DNA of 64,000 nucleotides from Rhodothermales bacterium (GCA_965209015.1 OZ242367.1:566785-630784); one strand, 5' to 3'. Counted from the first letter of the stretch, positions 32,079 through 44,371 are shown. Notes: generated by a model not told the origin, from the sequence alone. Translations and numbers: made by a program.

Positions 32079-34187
32079 CCTGAATTCCCAACTGGAATTA
32101 ACTTGTTCATGAATATGACATATTGGTACGATTCACTGGATTTGGATCCTTAGTTTGCGCTGACCAAGCCATTGAATGGGATTCTTTCGCTGTGTATATC
32201 CTGCAGCTAGGAGATAAGGATTATTTGATCGTCGGGGAAGCTTCACAATAATTTCGTTTGGTTGGATTTCAATCTTGGCTTTGCATTGCACGAGTTTACG
32301 AAAGATGGTTCTTGGCTTAGCGGTTTCAAACCCATTTCCCACTCGAGATGCGAGCACGCGGTACAGTGTACTGGCCATGAGTGTAAGTTGAAGGTCCATA
32401 TCCACTTTGAGAGGGACGGACGATGTCAGTGCATCCATGTGAAAGAAGTCAATGGCATCGGCGATTGTATTTTCTACGATCATGCGCCGGGCATAGCGGT
32501 CAATCAATTTGGCAGCAGAGGTTTTCATCTGGTTGGTGATCAACAAGGTGGGTTTTTCATGTCCAAGATCAAGGATGGCAATCTGTCGTAGTTCAGATTT
32601 ATAGCCTCGTACCTGAATCATTTTTTCTAGAATGCGAGGAGTCTTGAACGTTCGTCCTACATTCGTCAGACGGATCTGCTTCCATTGGTTTGCAGGGATT
32701 TGGTTCAACTCTTCCACCATCTTAGTCGAACGCCTCCGAAGTGTTAGGAAGTGAATCCCCAATTCGGTCAGCTTTTGTAAGTGTGCATAGGTGGTAAAGG
32801 TACTATCGAAGACCACCTCCTTGGGGTACGCTCCCGTCTGATCTTTCCAGAACGTTAAGAACTCCTCAAGGCAATCCTGCCGATTCTTTTTTCGGAGTTG
32901 TGCATCGGCATAGACGAAGCAACGTGCATCTGCATCACGAACGACGAGCGAAAGGATCCCTTTCTGACTACGACTTCGTTTGGAGATAAAGTGTTTTTCG
33001 GTTAACGCATCCTCTCCATGGTAGGGAATCGTGTGGAAATCAAGGTCAAATGAGACGCCATTCCCCAACGAGATGCCCAGTGAACGCACCGCCGAGTGCC
33101 AGGAATTCATGAGGTGGCGTATGGATTGGGGATGAACTCGATTGGAATACTCTGTGAGTGTGCTCTGTTTGGGCATGGCATTTAAGCCTGCAAAGAGGGC
33201 CAATCCAGGATCCAGAATATCATCCATTACATGAGAGAGCCGGCGGGTTCCCCAGAGTTTTAGGGCAAGGAGCGCTCGCACAGCGCAGCCCGCGGGGATC
33301 ATGTCACTCCCGGGCATGGAACTGGCCTCGAGCAATGCATCCAGATCCATGCGGGCTAAATCCGATGCAAACAGAAAGAGACCTCCAAAGTCGGTTGAAA
33401 ATTGGCGGGGTGTCAGATCCAGATTTCGGTAATCTGCAATCGGTGCCCGGTGAATCAAGATGTTATCCATTTGTTGTCCCCGAGGACGCCGACGTAGTTT
33501 CGGAACCCCTGCCTTACGGACTATCCGCCCCACTGTGGAGATACTTACCTGAATTTCTTCCAAAAGAAGGATACGATAGATTTCCTCCACCGATAAGTTC
33601 TTCTCCTTCCTGAGCTGGAGGATCCTTTGATCTCTTTGAGATCGGGAATCAGGACGGGGAGGTTGATCCACATTGGCAGGGGCTGGTCGGTGGGCGTTGG
33701 GGAGAAAGAATTCACGATTGGGGTGTTTCTGGAATGCGGAGCAGAGATTTCGGAGGGTTCCATAAGCAAACCCAAACTGATTCGCGACCACCTTGATCGG
33801 GATCTTCTCAACAAAGACAGCACGAAGGGCTTCGTAGTGTTTATGCTGTTTGTTTTTGGGGGTAAGAAAGTGATTGGAAAGGTCAGTCATATTTATAAAC
33901 TAAAATAGTAACTATAACAATATAACTAAAAAACAAACGATCATGGTTCCAAATTTGGAAAAAGGTTCAGGAAGAGTGTGTTAATCTGCTTATTTGAAGG
34001 TGTTATTGAAGTCATATCATCAGAAATGGCACAACATCTGAGAGAATGATGCAGCACAAAAATAGTGATTATATAAATAATAATCACAAAAATAATGACA
34101 ATATAGAAAAATAAACGACAAAAGTGCTGTGATATGGCACAATTGGTGCCTAAAAGTGTCACAGTCTAATTCGGGTGGGAATTCAGG
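32079..34187 (-). mobile_element. IS element with IS1380-like ends
   Basis: TIR CCTGAATTCCCA (32079) / TGGGAATTCAGG (ends 34187), flanked by CTAG on both sides. Confidence 0.8.
32133..33890 (-). CDS. DDE transposase (585 aa) with N-terminal HTH domains
   Basis: FDLDFHTIPYHG, VVFDS, RYARRMIVEN DDE-like motifs; enclosed by TIRs. Confidence 0.82.
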   Translation of the reverse strand: MTDLSNHFLTPKNKQHKHYEALRAVFVEKIPIKVVANQFGFAYGTLRNLCSAFQKHPNREFFLPNAHRPAPANVDQPPRPDSRSQRDQRILQLRKEKNLSVEEIYRILLLEEIQVSISTVGRIVRKAGVPKLRRRPRGQQMDNILIHRAPIADYRNLDLTPRQFSTDFGGLFLFASDLARMDLDALLEASSMPGSDMIPAGCAVRALLALKLWGTRRLSHVMDDILDPGLALFAGLNAMPKQSTLTEYSNRVHPQSIRHLMNSWHSAVRSLGISLGNGVSFDLDFHTIPYHGEDALTEKHFISKRSRSQKGILSLVVRDADARCFVYADAQLRKKNRQDCLEEFLTFWKDQTGAYPKEVVFDSTFTTYAHLQKLTELGIHFLTLRRRSTKMVEELNQIPANQWKQIRLTNVGRTFKTPRILEKMIQVRGYKSELRQIAILDLGHEKPTLLITNQMKTSAAKLIDRYARRMIVENTIADAIDFFHMDALTSSVPLKVDMDLQLTLMASTLYRVLASRVGNGFETAKPRTIFRKLVQCKAKIEIQPNEIIVKLPRRSNNPYLLAAGYTQRKNPIQWLGQRKLRIQIQ

Positions 34188-34348
34188 CTAGTATATATTT
34201 GGCATCATCGCTTGAACACCAGAGCAGTTCGAAATCTAAGAAATCAAAAACTATCGCCAGAGACTTAGAGGCGTGAAGTCATCAGTGTCACAATTCCATA
34301 TTCTCTGTGAAAAGTTGGACCGATCCTACAGCGTTCGTGGTGGAAACA

Positions 34349-36547
<2,199 letters not shown>

Positions 36548-36775
36548 TTAACTTGAATATAGATGGACATGCATACGGCGGTGAACACCGAAGCAAAAAG
36601 AGACCCAAATTTTGGGCTCAGTGTTACAGTACTAAATTTACGAATACCACATTGATCTATACCAATCCCACGAAAGGATTATTCTTAAAAAGTTCTAAAT
36701 ACCCGAAATGAATCTTTAAGATCTGGATTAGAACTCGCTTCGCAGTATATTATGATTCGACAAAACTAACTGACC

Positions 36776-39253
36776 ATGAAATTATCTCGCAGCGTATTTG
36801 TCATATTGTTTGCATTCACCTTGATCTCGGGGTGCTCATCCTCACGTCAGTCTGTATCACCTGTGGCAGATGAACCGGCTGAGTCTTCGGACGAAAAAGA
36901 AGATGATTCAAAAAAATATGCGGATGTCATCACCGAGGATACAGAGACAGATGAAGGTCTTTTTAAGGTACACCAGATCAATGAAAAGCTATTCTTCGAA
37001 ATTCCTGACTCACTTCTGGATGTAGAAATGCTTCTCGTTTCACGCATGGCCGCCACGATGAATAACATGGGATATGGGGGCATGAAGACAAGCACACAGG
37101 TACTGCGCTGGCAAAAACAATCCGAGAAGATCCTACTGCGCATTGTATCCTACGAGAATGTTGCGGACGAAGATCAACCCATTTACACTGCGGTACGCAA
37201 CTCTAACTTTGAGCCTATCTTGCGTTCATTTGAGATAGAGACACTGAATACGGATTCTACCGCCAGTGTGATTGATGTGACCAGTTTATTCTCCACTGAT
37301 GTACCATCGCTTGGACTGCCTTCATTTCGCCGAGAACAGTACCGCGTACGACGTCTTGATACAGACCGGACCTACATTGAGTCGGCAAAGAGTTATCCTT
37401 TGAATATAGAGATTCGACACGTTCTGAGTTACGATGCAGCAGAGCCCCCATCAAACTCTGCCGCCGGAACGATTTCAGTTGAAATGAACCAATCCATGAT
37501 TTTACTGCCCGAAGATCCTATGCAGCCAAGGCTCTGTGACCAACGGGTAGGTTTTTTCAGTGTGACGATGACGGACTATAGTCGGGATGCTCAGAAGGCT
37601 GAAGAAAGATGTTACATTACTCGTTGGCGACTTGAACCCAAAGACCCCGAAGCATATGCACGCGGGGAGCTGAGCGAGCCGGTCAAGCCAATCGTCTACT
37701 ACATTGATCCAGCCACGCCAATGAAATGGAGGCCGTACTTGAAGCAGGGAGTGGAAGACTGGAACCAGGCATTTGAGGAGGCAGGGTTCAAGAACGCCAT
37801 CATGGCAAAAGACCCACCCACCGAAGAAGAAGATCCAGAATTTAGTCCCGAAGATATACGCTATTCGGTCATTCGATACTTCTCTTCCAACATACAGAAT
37901 GCATTTGGTCCACACGTTCATGACCCTCGTACTGGAGAAATATTGGAGAGCGATATTGGGTGGTACCACAACGTGATGAACCTACTTCGTAACTGGTTCT
38001 TTGTACAGACCGCTGCTGTTAATCCAGATGCACGTTCCGTTAAGTTCAGAGATGAAGTGATGGGAAGGCTCATTCGCTTTGTTTCTGCCCATGAAGTTGG
38101 ACATACCATCGGATTACCCCATAATTGGGGATCAAGCTTTGCCTACCCTGTTGATTCCCTTCGATCATCTGCATTCACAGACATCTATGGCACCGCTCCA
38201 TCCATCATGGATTACGCTCGGTTCAACTATGTTGCACAACCAGGTGATGGGGTGACAAATTTTATGCCTGATGTGGGGATCTATGATAAATGGTCAGTGC
38301 AGTGGGGGTATTCAGTCCTTCCAGGTGCACAATCATCAGATGAGGAACGCGAGACCCTGAATGCATGGGTGATTGAGCGCGCAGATAACCCTCTCTATTT
38401 CTACGGACGTCAAGGACCGCGTGTGGATCCGAGATCACAGAATGAAGATTTGGGAGACAATGCGATCAAGGCCAGTAACTATGGCATTGCAAATTTGAAG
38501 GTGATTCTGGATGAATTGATCAACTGGACTGCAGAGGATGCAAAGGACTATGGGGATCTGAATGAGTTGTATGGTCAGATTGCAACCCAATGGAACCGAT
38601 ATATTGGCCATGTTGCCGCGAACGTAGGTGGGCATTATGAAAATTTCAAAACGTACGATCAGGAAGGCATAGTGTATAGTCCAGTGCCATCTGATGTTCA
38701 GCGTGATGCTATGGAATGGCTTTCTAGAGAAGCGTTTGCATCTCCGAACTGGATCCTGAACAATGAGATCCTGCGCCGTATTGAGGGAGTGGGTGCAATG
38801 GATCGTATCCGTCGTTATCAGGTAGGTGCTGTCAATACCCTTCTGAACCCGATACGGATAGGACGTCTCATGGAGACCGAGGCACTTGCTCAAGAGGAAG
38901 AAGTGTACACATTTTCAGATCTATTAAGCGATTTACGTGATGGAATCTGGACGGAACTACCCAGAGCCACGACGATTGGCCCATTCCGCCGTAATTTACA
39001 GAGAGGACATGTTGAGCGACTTGAATATTTAATGACTGAGGAAGCTCCCTCGGTTCCATCCTTCTATGTCAGCTTTGGTATGGCACCAGTTGATGTGAGC
39101 CAGTCAGATATCCGACCATATGTGCGAGGGGAGCTCAAATCATTAAAGACTGCTGTTGATCGAGCTGCCAGACGAACCGCTGATCGTATGACGCGGTTGC
39201 ATTTGGAAGACATCAGCGTACGAATTGAAGATATTTTGGATGGCGAAGACTAG
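36776..39253 (+). CDS. Zinc-dependent metalloprotease lipoprotein (EcxA-like, DUF5117/DUF4953)
   Basis: Lipobox ISGC; metzincin HEVGHTIGLPH and SIMDY Met-turn; KPIVYYIDPATP. Confidence 0.88.
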   Translation: MKLSRSVFVILFAFTLISGCSSSRQSVSPVADEPAESSDEKEDDSKKYADVITEDTETDEGLFKVHQINEKLFFEIPDSLLDVEMLLVSRMAATMNNMGYGGMKTSTQVLRWQKQSEKILLRIVSYENVADEDQPIYTAVRNSNFEPILRSFEIETLNTDSTASVIDVTSLFSTDVPSLGLPSFRREQYRVRRLDTDRTYIESAKSYPLNIEIRHVLSYDAAEPPSNSAAGTISVEMNQSMILLPEDPMQPRLCDQRVGFFSVTMTDYSRDAQKAEERCYITRWRLEPKDPEAYARGELSEPVKPIVYYIDPATPMKWRPYLKQGVEDWNQAFEEAGFKNAIMAKDPPTEEEDPEFSPEDIRYSVIRYFSSNIQNAFGPHVHDPRTGEILESDIGWYHNVMNLLRNWFFVQTAAVNPDARSVKFRDEVMGRLIRFVSAHEVGHTIGLPHNWGSSFAYPVDSLRSSAFTDIYGTAPSIMDYARFNYVAQPGDGVTNFMPDVGIYDKWSVQWGYSVLPGAQSSDEERETLNAWVIERADNPLYFYGRQGPRVDPRSQNEDLGDNAIKASNYGIANLKVILDELINWTAEDAKDYGDLNELYGQIATQWNRYIGHVAANVGGHYENFKTYDQEGIVYSPVPSDVQRDAMEWLSREAFASPNWILNNEILRRIEGVGAMDRIRRYQVGAVNTLLNPIRIGRLMETEALAQEEEVYTFSDLLSDLRDGIWTELPRATTIGPFRRNLQRGHVERLEYLMTEEAPSVPSFYVSFGMAPVDVSQSDIRPYVRGELKSLKTAVDRAARRTADRMTRLHLEDISVRIEDILDGED

Positions 39254-39409
39254 TTGACTTGGTGGTATATCTGGGTTGGGCATACGGTTCAGTGACCTGA
39301 TGCATCATCAGTGTCTCCGTAGTCCAATATTTTCCATTCATCATCCCTTAACATTCACCTCAACTTGATTTAGGCTAAAACTGGTGGATTGAGACGGGGT
39401 TCTACAGGA

Positions 39410-39730
39410 TTACATCTGACGGGAGAGCCGTAGGGTGTCAATTTGGTAATTTGGGGCAAAGGTTACTATTGAGTTGGTGACATCTTTTACTTTCCCGACC
39501 TGTAATGAAACAAATCTACCGTTATGACTGATGCGGAATCCCTTTTCCCGAAAAGTAAGCCGAATGTAATCTATTGCTTTGGCCAGATCTGGAGCGTTGA
39601 AGAATTCAACCCAATTTACGGACAGATATTCATCTCTATCTTCCCGAAGTTCAAACGCGGAGGCAAGTGGCAATCCATCCTCCCCAAGAGATGAAGGCCT
39701 GCAGTATCTGGAAATTATAGTGTTCATCAT
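39410..39730 (-). pseudogene. Hypothetical protein, probably frameshifted at both ends
   Basis: SRYCRPSSL...SAFELR...YLSVNWVEFF core; upstream MSDIEINDEH lies in another frame. Confidence 0.45.
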
Positions 39731-39750
39731 TTATTTCAATATCCGACATG

Positions 39751-40325
39751 CTCAGCAGCTGCAATGATCAATAAAACTATGAATTGACCGCAATGCGTGA
39801 TCCTTTGTACCTGAATCTTGGACGGTTTTTCGGCTACTTTGGCTACCCATTGTTCCGGCAAAGCGGGTACTACCATCAGGTAGGAATTTCAACACAGCGG
39901 ATGCTTTTCGGGAATGCCATTCAGCTTGCAAGAATCCATTCGGACTAATTCCGATTTGTGGATGAGGTAATGAGTGGCCTCTGTCAATAAAAAGGGGCTA
40001 ATTCTTTGAGTGACATAAATTCCATAGCAGGATCATCTGGATCGTCATCCTGAGTGATTTCGTGAAGGTACCTAAGCCGATTTGCAATTTTGTGGAGATT
40101 CACTTGATCAAGAGCCGGAAATATGTCTTCATAATCGGTTACCTCTTCAATTGGAGTACCCAGATCAGTGTCCCTTTTAAGGATGTCCTCAACAGTCGTT
40201 GGCTTCAAATTGAAGATTTCCAACGAGAGTTTCTCCCTCAACCTATCAAAGTAAAGTATGACAATCAAACGCAGCATTGGAATAGAAACACTTTTCAAGG
40301 GTAGGGAATGGTGGCTGATGATCAT
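39751..40325 (-). pseudogene. Hypothetical protein, frameshifted near 39990 and IS-interrupted (5' part at 41743..41935)
   Basis: ORF 39984..40325 continues in another frame as LPHPQIGISPNGFLQAEWH...LKFLPDGSTRF; ORF 41741..41935 ends at the IS TSD. Confidence 0.45.
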
Positions 40326-40650
40326 TCACTTTATCACTCGCAGCAACCGAAACCTCTGATATCTCGTGGATATTAAGAGACCAAAATGCATGATAATCGA
40401 GCCTCTTTCAAAATTCTTTATTTTCACCTTTTGTTCCCGCTGAATTGCGGCTGAAGCTGGTTCAATTTCGTCGGATTACGCGAATCATTGGTATGGGTTC
40501 GCCGTTTTGTGGAGTCGACCGGTGCTTTGCCTGCACGGAGGTCTCTGTTTGGTGAATTTCGTCCACGATCCGTGTAGATTTCACACCCCTCCCACGGCAT
40601 CTGTGGTTCAGAGCGCCCAAATTCTGTTATGCAGGGGTTGGATGGCCGGT

Positions 40651-41553
40651 TTACTGCACCATCCGCAGCATTTGGTCCACCGTGAGTACCACCACACTGA
40701 ACATCAAATGACAAAGGACTTTCTCGTGCCCACGGACTCGGATATTGCGTCCACCGAACTCATCTTTGAGCCGCCCAAAGGCCCGCTCCACGGTGGAACG
40801 CTCCCGGTAGCGAACCCGCTCCGCAGGAATGAATCCGGCCGTACGTTGCGCCTTTTGCTCGCGACGATCCGCCGCTTTTTTCTTGCGCGGATTCGGATCA
40901 ATGATCGGTACACGCCCCGAGGCGCTCCGATGTGCGACAATCTTCTTCGCGTCATAGGCGCTGTCCATGAGATCGTAACAGTTGTCCACCCGCTGCTGCG
41001 TCAAGTGCGCCAAGGGAAGCGCGGCCTGACTATCATGCAACGAGGCAGAGGTCACCAAACAGCTGATCGGCCCCCCTCCGTCCGCCGTATCCATGTGTAG
41101 CTTATAGCCCGTCCATCGTTGCGTATGCCCCTTCGCGTTCCGCTTGCAGCCCACCCTTGATTAAAATTTATTTCTGGTAATCCTATGTTTTGGGTTGCGT
41201 ATGCCCCTTCGCGTTCCGCTTGCAGCCCACCGTACAATCCTTCGGTAATACGTCCAACATCTCGCCTAACTCCATCTTCAACTGCTGCTCCAAGCGACGA
41301 GGCAGCTTGGGACGCTCCTCCCCCTTCTTCGGACGCCCCCGCTTGCGTGGCTTCCTCGGTGCGCAGGCGGGCGTCCCACCGAACGAAGCCGGGGACGAGG
41401 CAGATGATCCTCCACACAGACCAACTCAAATAACAACAACAACTTCCTCAATCGTTTGGGCAACGCTCCATAGTTCTGCTCCACACATGGAAACAACTCC
41501 TGTTGGCAGGAAATATAAAAACCGCGTATCTTCTTGGTAGGGGACATGGGATT
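40651..41553 (-). pseudogene. Transposase pseudogene
   Basis: Fragments 40651..41154 and 41278..41577 are near-identical to the copy 1 transposase. Confidence 0.85.
41118..41231. repeat. 38-bp perfect direct duplication flanking a 38-bp unique AT-rich insert (single repeat-spacer-repeat unit)
   Basis: GTTGCGTATGCCCCTTCGCGTTCCGCTTGCAGCCCACC at 41118-41155 and 41194-41231; present only once in the intact IS at ~6580-6617. Confidence 0.9.
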
Positions 41554-42040
41554 CTCCGGGGTTTGTTGGATTTGCAATACTCCTAAAAATACAAAATTCG
41601 GAGATCCCTGTCCCTTCGTTTATGACCCAAAAAAACGATACCTCCCAGAGCAGATCAGCCCCTAACATTCTTAGTATCCAGATCCATCAATCAGCAAAAT
41701 CTCTCAAAAAATCATCCAATTGAGAAATTTTGAAAGAGGCTCAATCGTATCCCCGATATTCTGCACTTAAGCTTTGTGGTAGGTCTATTAAACTCAATAT
41801 CTTTGGCAGAAATTCGTTAGTCGGGAATGTGCATTCAAATTCACGGAAATGTTCTGAATTACTCATACCAAAAAGAGATATGTCAGATGCGTTTGTGTTA
41901 TTTCTGGAATCATCATTGGGAAAAATATATGTCATGGTTGAACAGTGCTATGGTGAAAAGTTGATTATTTTGGGAATTATATACCTAAGTACCCCACCTA
42001 GTTAGAGTTGCACTGCGAATCTTGCCAGTTCGATTTTTTT

Positions 42041-42235
42041 TCAAATCTTGACCTTGCGCGGTGGCGTTGACAGAATCACTTTAGCCAATTCCTCTGGTGT
42101 TGCAGGAATAGACCCTTGCAGGTTCATAATGTCGCGTTTGCGTGGTCTGCCACGAGGTTTGGTGCCTTTCTTGGTCTTGGATGTAGTCCGTTCCTGATCG
42201 GTCATTGGTCTTGCGGGTTGCTTGGATGTATGCAC
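42041..42235 (-). CDS. Small basic protein with AT-hook-like PRGRPRK and IPATPEELAKVIL motifs
   Basis: 64-aa ORF at the distal end of the IS1595 element. Confidence 0.6.
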   Translation of the reverse strand: MHTSKQPARPMTDQERTTSKTKKGTKPRGRPRKRDIMNLQGSIPATPEELAKVILSTPPRKVKI

Positions 42236-42244
42236 AGATTCGCT

Positions 42245-42755
42245 CTAATAATGTTCCAACGCATCCATAACCGCATCATAGTCTTCAAGGTCTACATCCT
42301 TGATCATTTCGGTCGAGGGTGGATAAATAATCACAAATCGAAGATTTGTGCCGTGCAATAGATCAACGACAGATTCACCGGAAAGACGATCAACGGTTAC
42401 CTCTATCAGTCCAGTTTCAAAGCTGAATTCAATTCCAAGAGTAGGGAAAATTGCCCAAAAATCGCTACCGCCCCAGTCCAATTACAGCACCATTTACAGC
42501 GACTTCAGTTGTAATTTCTGACACTCGGTAAACTGCTTCTTCCCACAGTATTCGTCCCGTTATAGTACTTCTGTAAGGACTGTAATCTGATTTGTCAATC
42601 TGAATCGTAAGTGCCGTTACATTGGCATTGCCAACATCTCCTTTAGGTCCTGCTGGACCTTGTTGACCTTGCGGCCCCGCCGGTCCGACTGGGCCTACTG
42701 GACCCTCGCAAGAAAGAGTTGCCAAAGCAAATAAAATCGGAATTAAAAAGCGCAT
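42245..42755 (-). pseudogene. Collagen-like lipoprotein, frameshifted near 42480
   Basis: MRFLIPILFALATLSC lipobox then GPVGPVGPAGPQGQQGPAGPKGDVG; continues in ORF 42245..42481. Confidence 0.65.
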
Positions 42756-42787
42756 TTTATGTTGTGGATTGGTTGTTAAAGTAATGA

Positions 42788-43258
42788 TCAAACTGCATCT
42801 GATGACTGCCATTCTCCATCTTCCATAACGACAAATGTAATGGACGTGTTTGTTGCTTCGAGCACCTTCATTCTCAAACCACGAAACATCACATATTCGG
42901 ATTCAGCAAGATCATATTCAAGAGCGATAGAATAAGCCGGTCGTATATAAATGTCTTTGTCTACATTTCCCGTTGTGTATTCACGATAACTTAACTTGAT
43001 AACAGAACCAGATCTGCCGGTATATGTGAGGGTAGTTCTAAAAATGGTTGCGTTTGCCGTGTTTACGTTTTCTCCTTGAACAACGTAATTAGTGATTCTA
43101 TCAACCGAGACCATTTCAGTACCGATTGCAGATTGAATGGTATCGGCAGTTACGTAACTTTTATGAGTATTAAACAGACGGAAAACAGGTGTACTGCAAT
43201 TCGTGATGAAGGACAAAAAACATAGCAGGACCAATGCGAAAAAGAGATGCTTAATCAT
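42788..43258 (-). CDS. Hypothetical lipoprotein/exported protein
   Basis: ORF 42788..43357, likely start at MIKHLFFALVLLCFLSFITNC; LTYTGRSGSVIKLSYREY...RPAY...LEYDL beta domain. Confidence 0.6.
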   Translation of the reverse strand: MIKHLFFALVLLCFLSFITNCSTPVFRLFNTHKSYVTADTIQSAIGTEMVSVDRITNYVVQGENVNTANATIFRTTLTYTGRSGSVIKLSYREYTTGNVDKDIYIRPAYSIALEYDLAESEYVMFRGLRMKVLEATNTSITFVVMEDGEWQSSDAV

Positions 43259-43292
43259 GGCAAAGATGCATTGTTTGGTGGATTTTGGTTTC

Positions 43293-43467
43293 GCCCGAAC
43301 AGGTGTCGGGCTGTACATCATGCCCAAGAAATTCCGCACCTGGATAGGTGCAGTCAAGAGATGTCTTGCCTATTTACCAGCGCAGGTAGCGAGCCCGCAC
43401 TTGTTGATGGCTATTTTATTCGACAAGCAACCCGACGTGTCGGATACTTGGGCATTGATGCACGGGC
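43293..43467 (-). ncRNA. Candidate multi-stem structured RNA / 5' leader
   Basis: 16-bp closing stem (43313-43328 with 43447-43463) enclosing 4-5 hairpins, plus an adjacent hairpin at 43293-43311; no family recognised. Confidence 0.4.
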
Positions 43468-43549
43468 AATATAGCAAACAATTTCAACTTGGCCAATTAA
43501 ACAAGTTTGAATTATATTAGTACTATTTAGTAACCTTCTAACCTGACCA

Positions 43550-43699
43550 ATGAGAAGATGGATGAGAACCACAACAGGCTTTGTTCAATGTCGTTTGCCA
43601 GACGACATTACACAGATTCAGCGATCAATACCACCTACAGCTGAACAAATCACCAAAGCGATACTGAAAGTGCCACTTAGTGCGATCAAGGCACAGTGA
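43550..43699 (+). CDS. 49-aa peptide resembling the 42041..42235 protein
   Basis: QRSIPPTAEQITKAILKVP vs QGSIPATPEELAKVILSTPP; below the ORF-track size cutoff. Confidence 0.35.
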   Translation: MRRWMRTTTGFVQCRLPDDITQIQRSIPPTAEQITKAILKVPLSAIKAQ

Positions 43700-43736
43700 T
43701 TGCTTGTACATAGATTAGACAACATCTCTGGTCGCA

Positions 43737-44348
43737 GTGTATCCTGTAACAGGAATGGTGTCTAGTTTTGACATACGATTTCTAATTATTATGGATAAAA
43801 ACATGGATTGGGCTTTATTGATAATAGCTATTCTAGGTTTGGGTGTCACTTATTATGCTTTACGAAGGGAAATCCGTCGTGATCGGGAGAAAGAACTAAA
43901 AAAAGATTCAGAATGGAAAGGTGCTGTTGATACAGACAGAAACTTTTTCAAAGAATTTATGAAAGAGGTAAAGGATGACATACGGACAATCAACAATAAC
44001 ATTAACAAAATTTTATTTCGCTCCGCATTTCAAGTATTCATTGAGGGAAAAAGTCCACTTGGCCTCACTGAACAAGGGAAAGAAGTATCAAAGGAGTTAA
44101 ATGCAGTTACTTGGGCAAAAAAGGCTGCTGAAACCACAAAAGATGAAGTTAAGAATAAGGAAGCCTACAACATTCAAGAATTCAGTTTTGAGTACGCAAG
44201 TAAAGATGAGCATTACGATACCGAAGAACTTCAGTTAATTCTTGACTATGCTTATTCCAATGGTATTCTCAAAGAAAACGTTCAGAGTGTATTTGGGATT
44301 GAGCTTAGGGACGAACTATTGGACATAATGGGTTTGGAGGCTCCGTAA
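43737..44348 (+). CDS. Hypothetical protein with N-terminal TM helix and coiled coil
   Basis: WALLIIAILGLGVTYYAL TM segment; KSPLGLTEQGKEVSKEL; real start probably 43791 or 43803. Confidence 0.65.
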   Translation: MYPVTGMVSSFDIRFLIIMDKNMDWALLIIAILGLGVTYYALRREIRRDREKELKKDSEWKGAVDTDRNFFKEFMKEVKDDIRTINNNINKILFRSAFQVFIEGKSPLGLTEQGKEVSKELNAVTWAKKAAETTKDEVKNKEAYNIQEFSFEYASKDEHYDTEELQLILDYAYSNGILKENVQSVFGIELRDELLDIMGLEAP

Positions 44349-44371
44349 TTAGAAAAACAGAATACCATAAA

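Larger units (their letters stand above)
40399..41742 (-). mobile_element. IS element, degenerate copy 2 of the 5859-7441 element
   Basis: Same TIR GAGCCTCTTTCAAAA; TSD AATC; ~315-bp internal deletion at ~41355 and a 76-bp insertion within 41118-41231. Confidence 0.9.

Noticed and set aside
43293-43467. Retron msr-msd or hammerhead ribozyme identity for the structured region
   Set aside because: No reverse transcriptase nearby, no long msd hairpin, and no CUGANGA core preceding the CGAAAC
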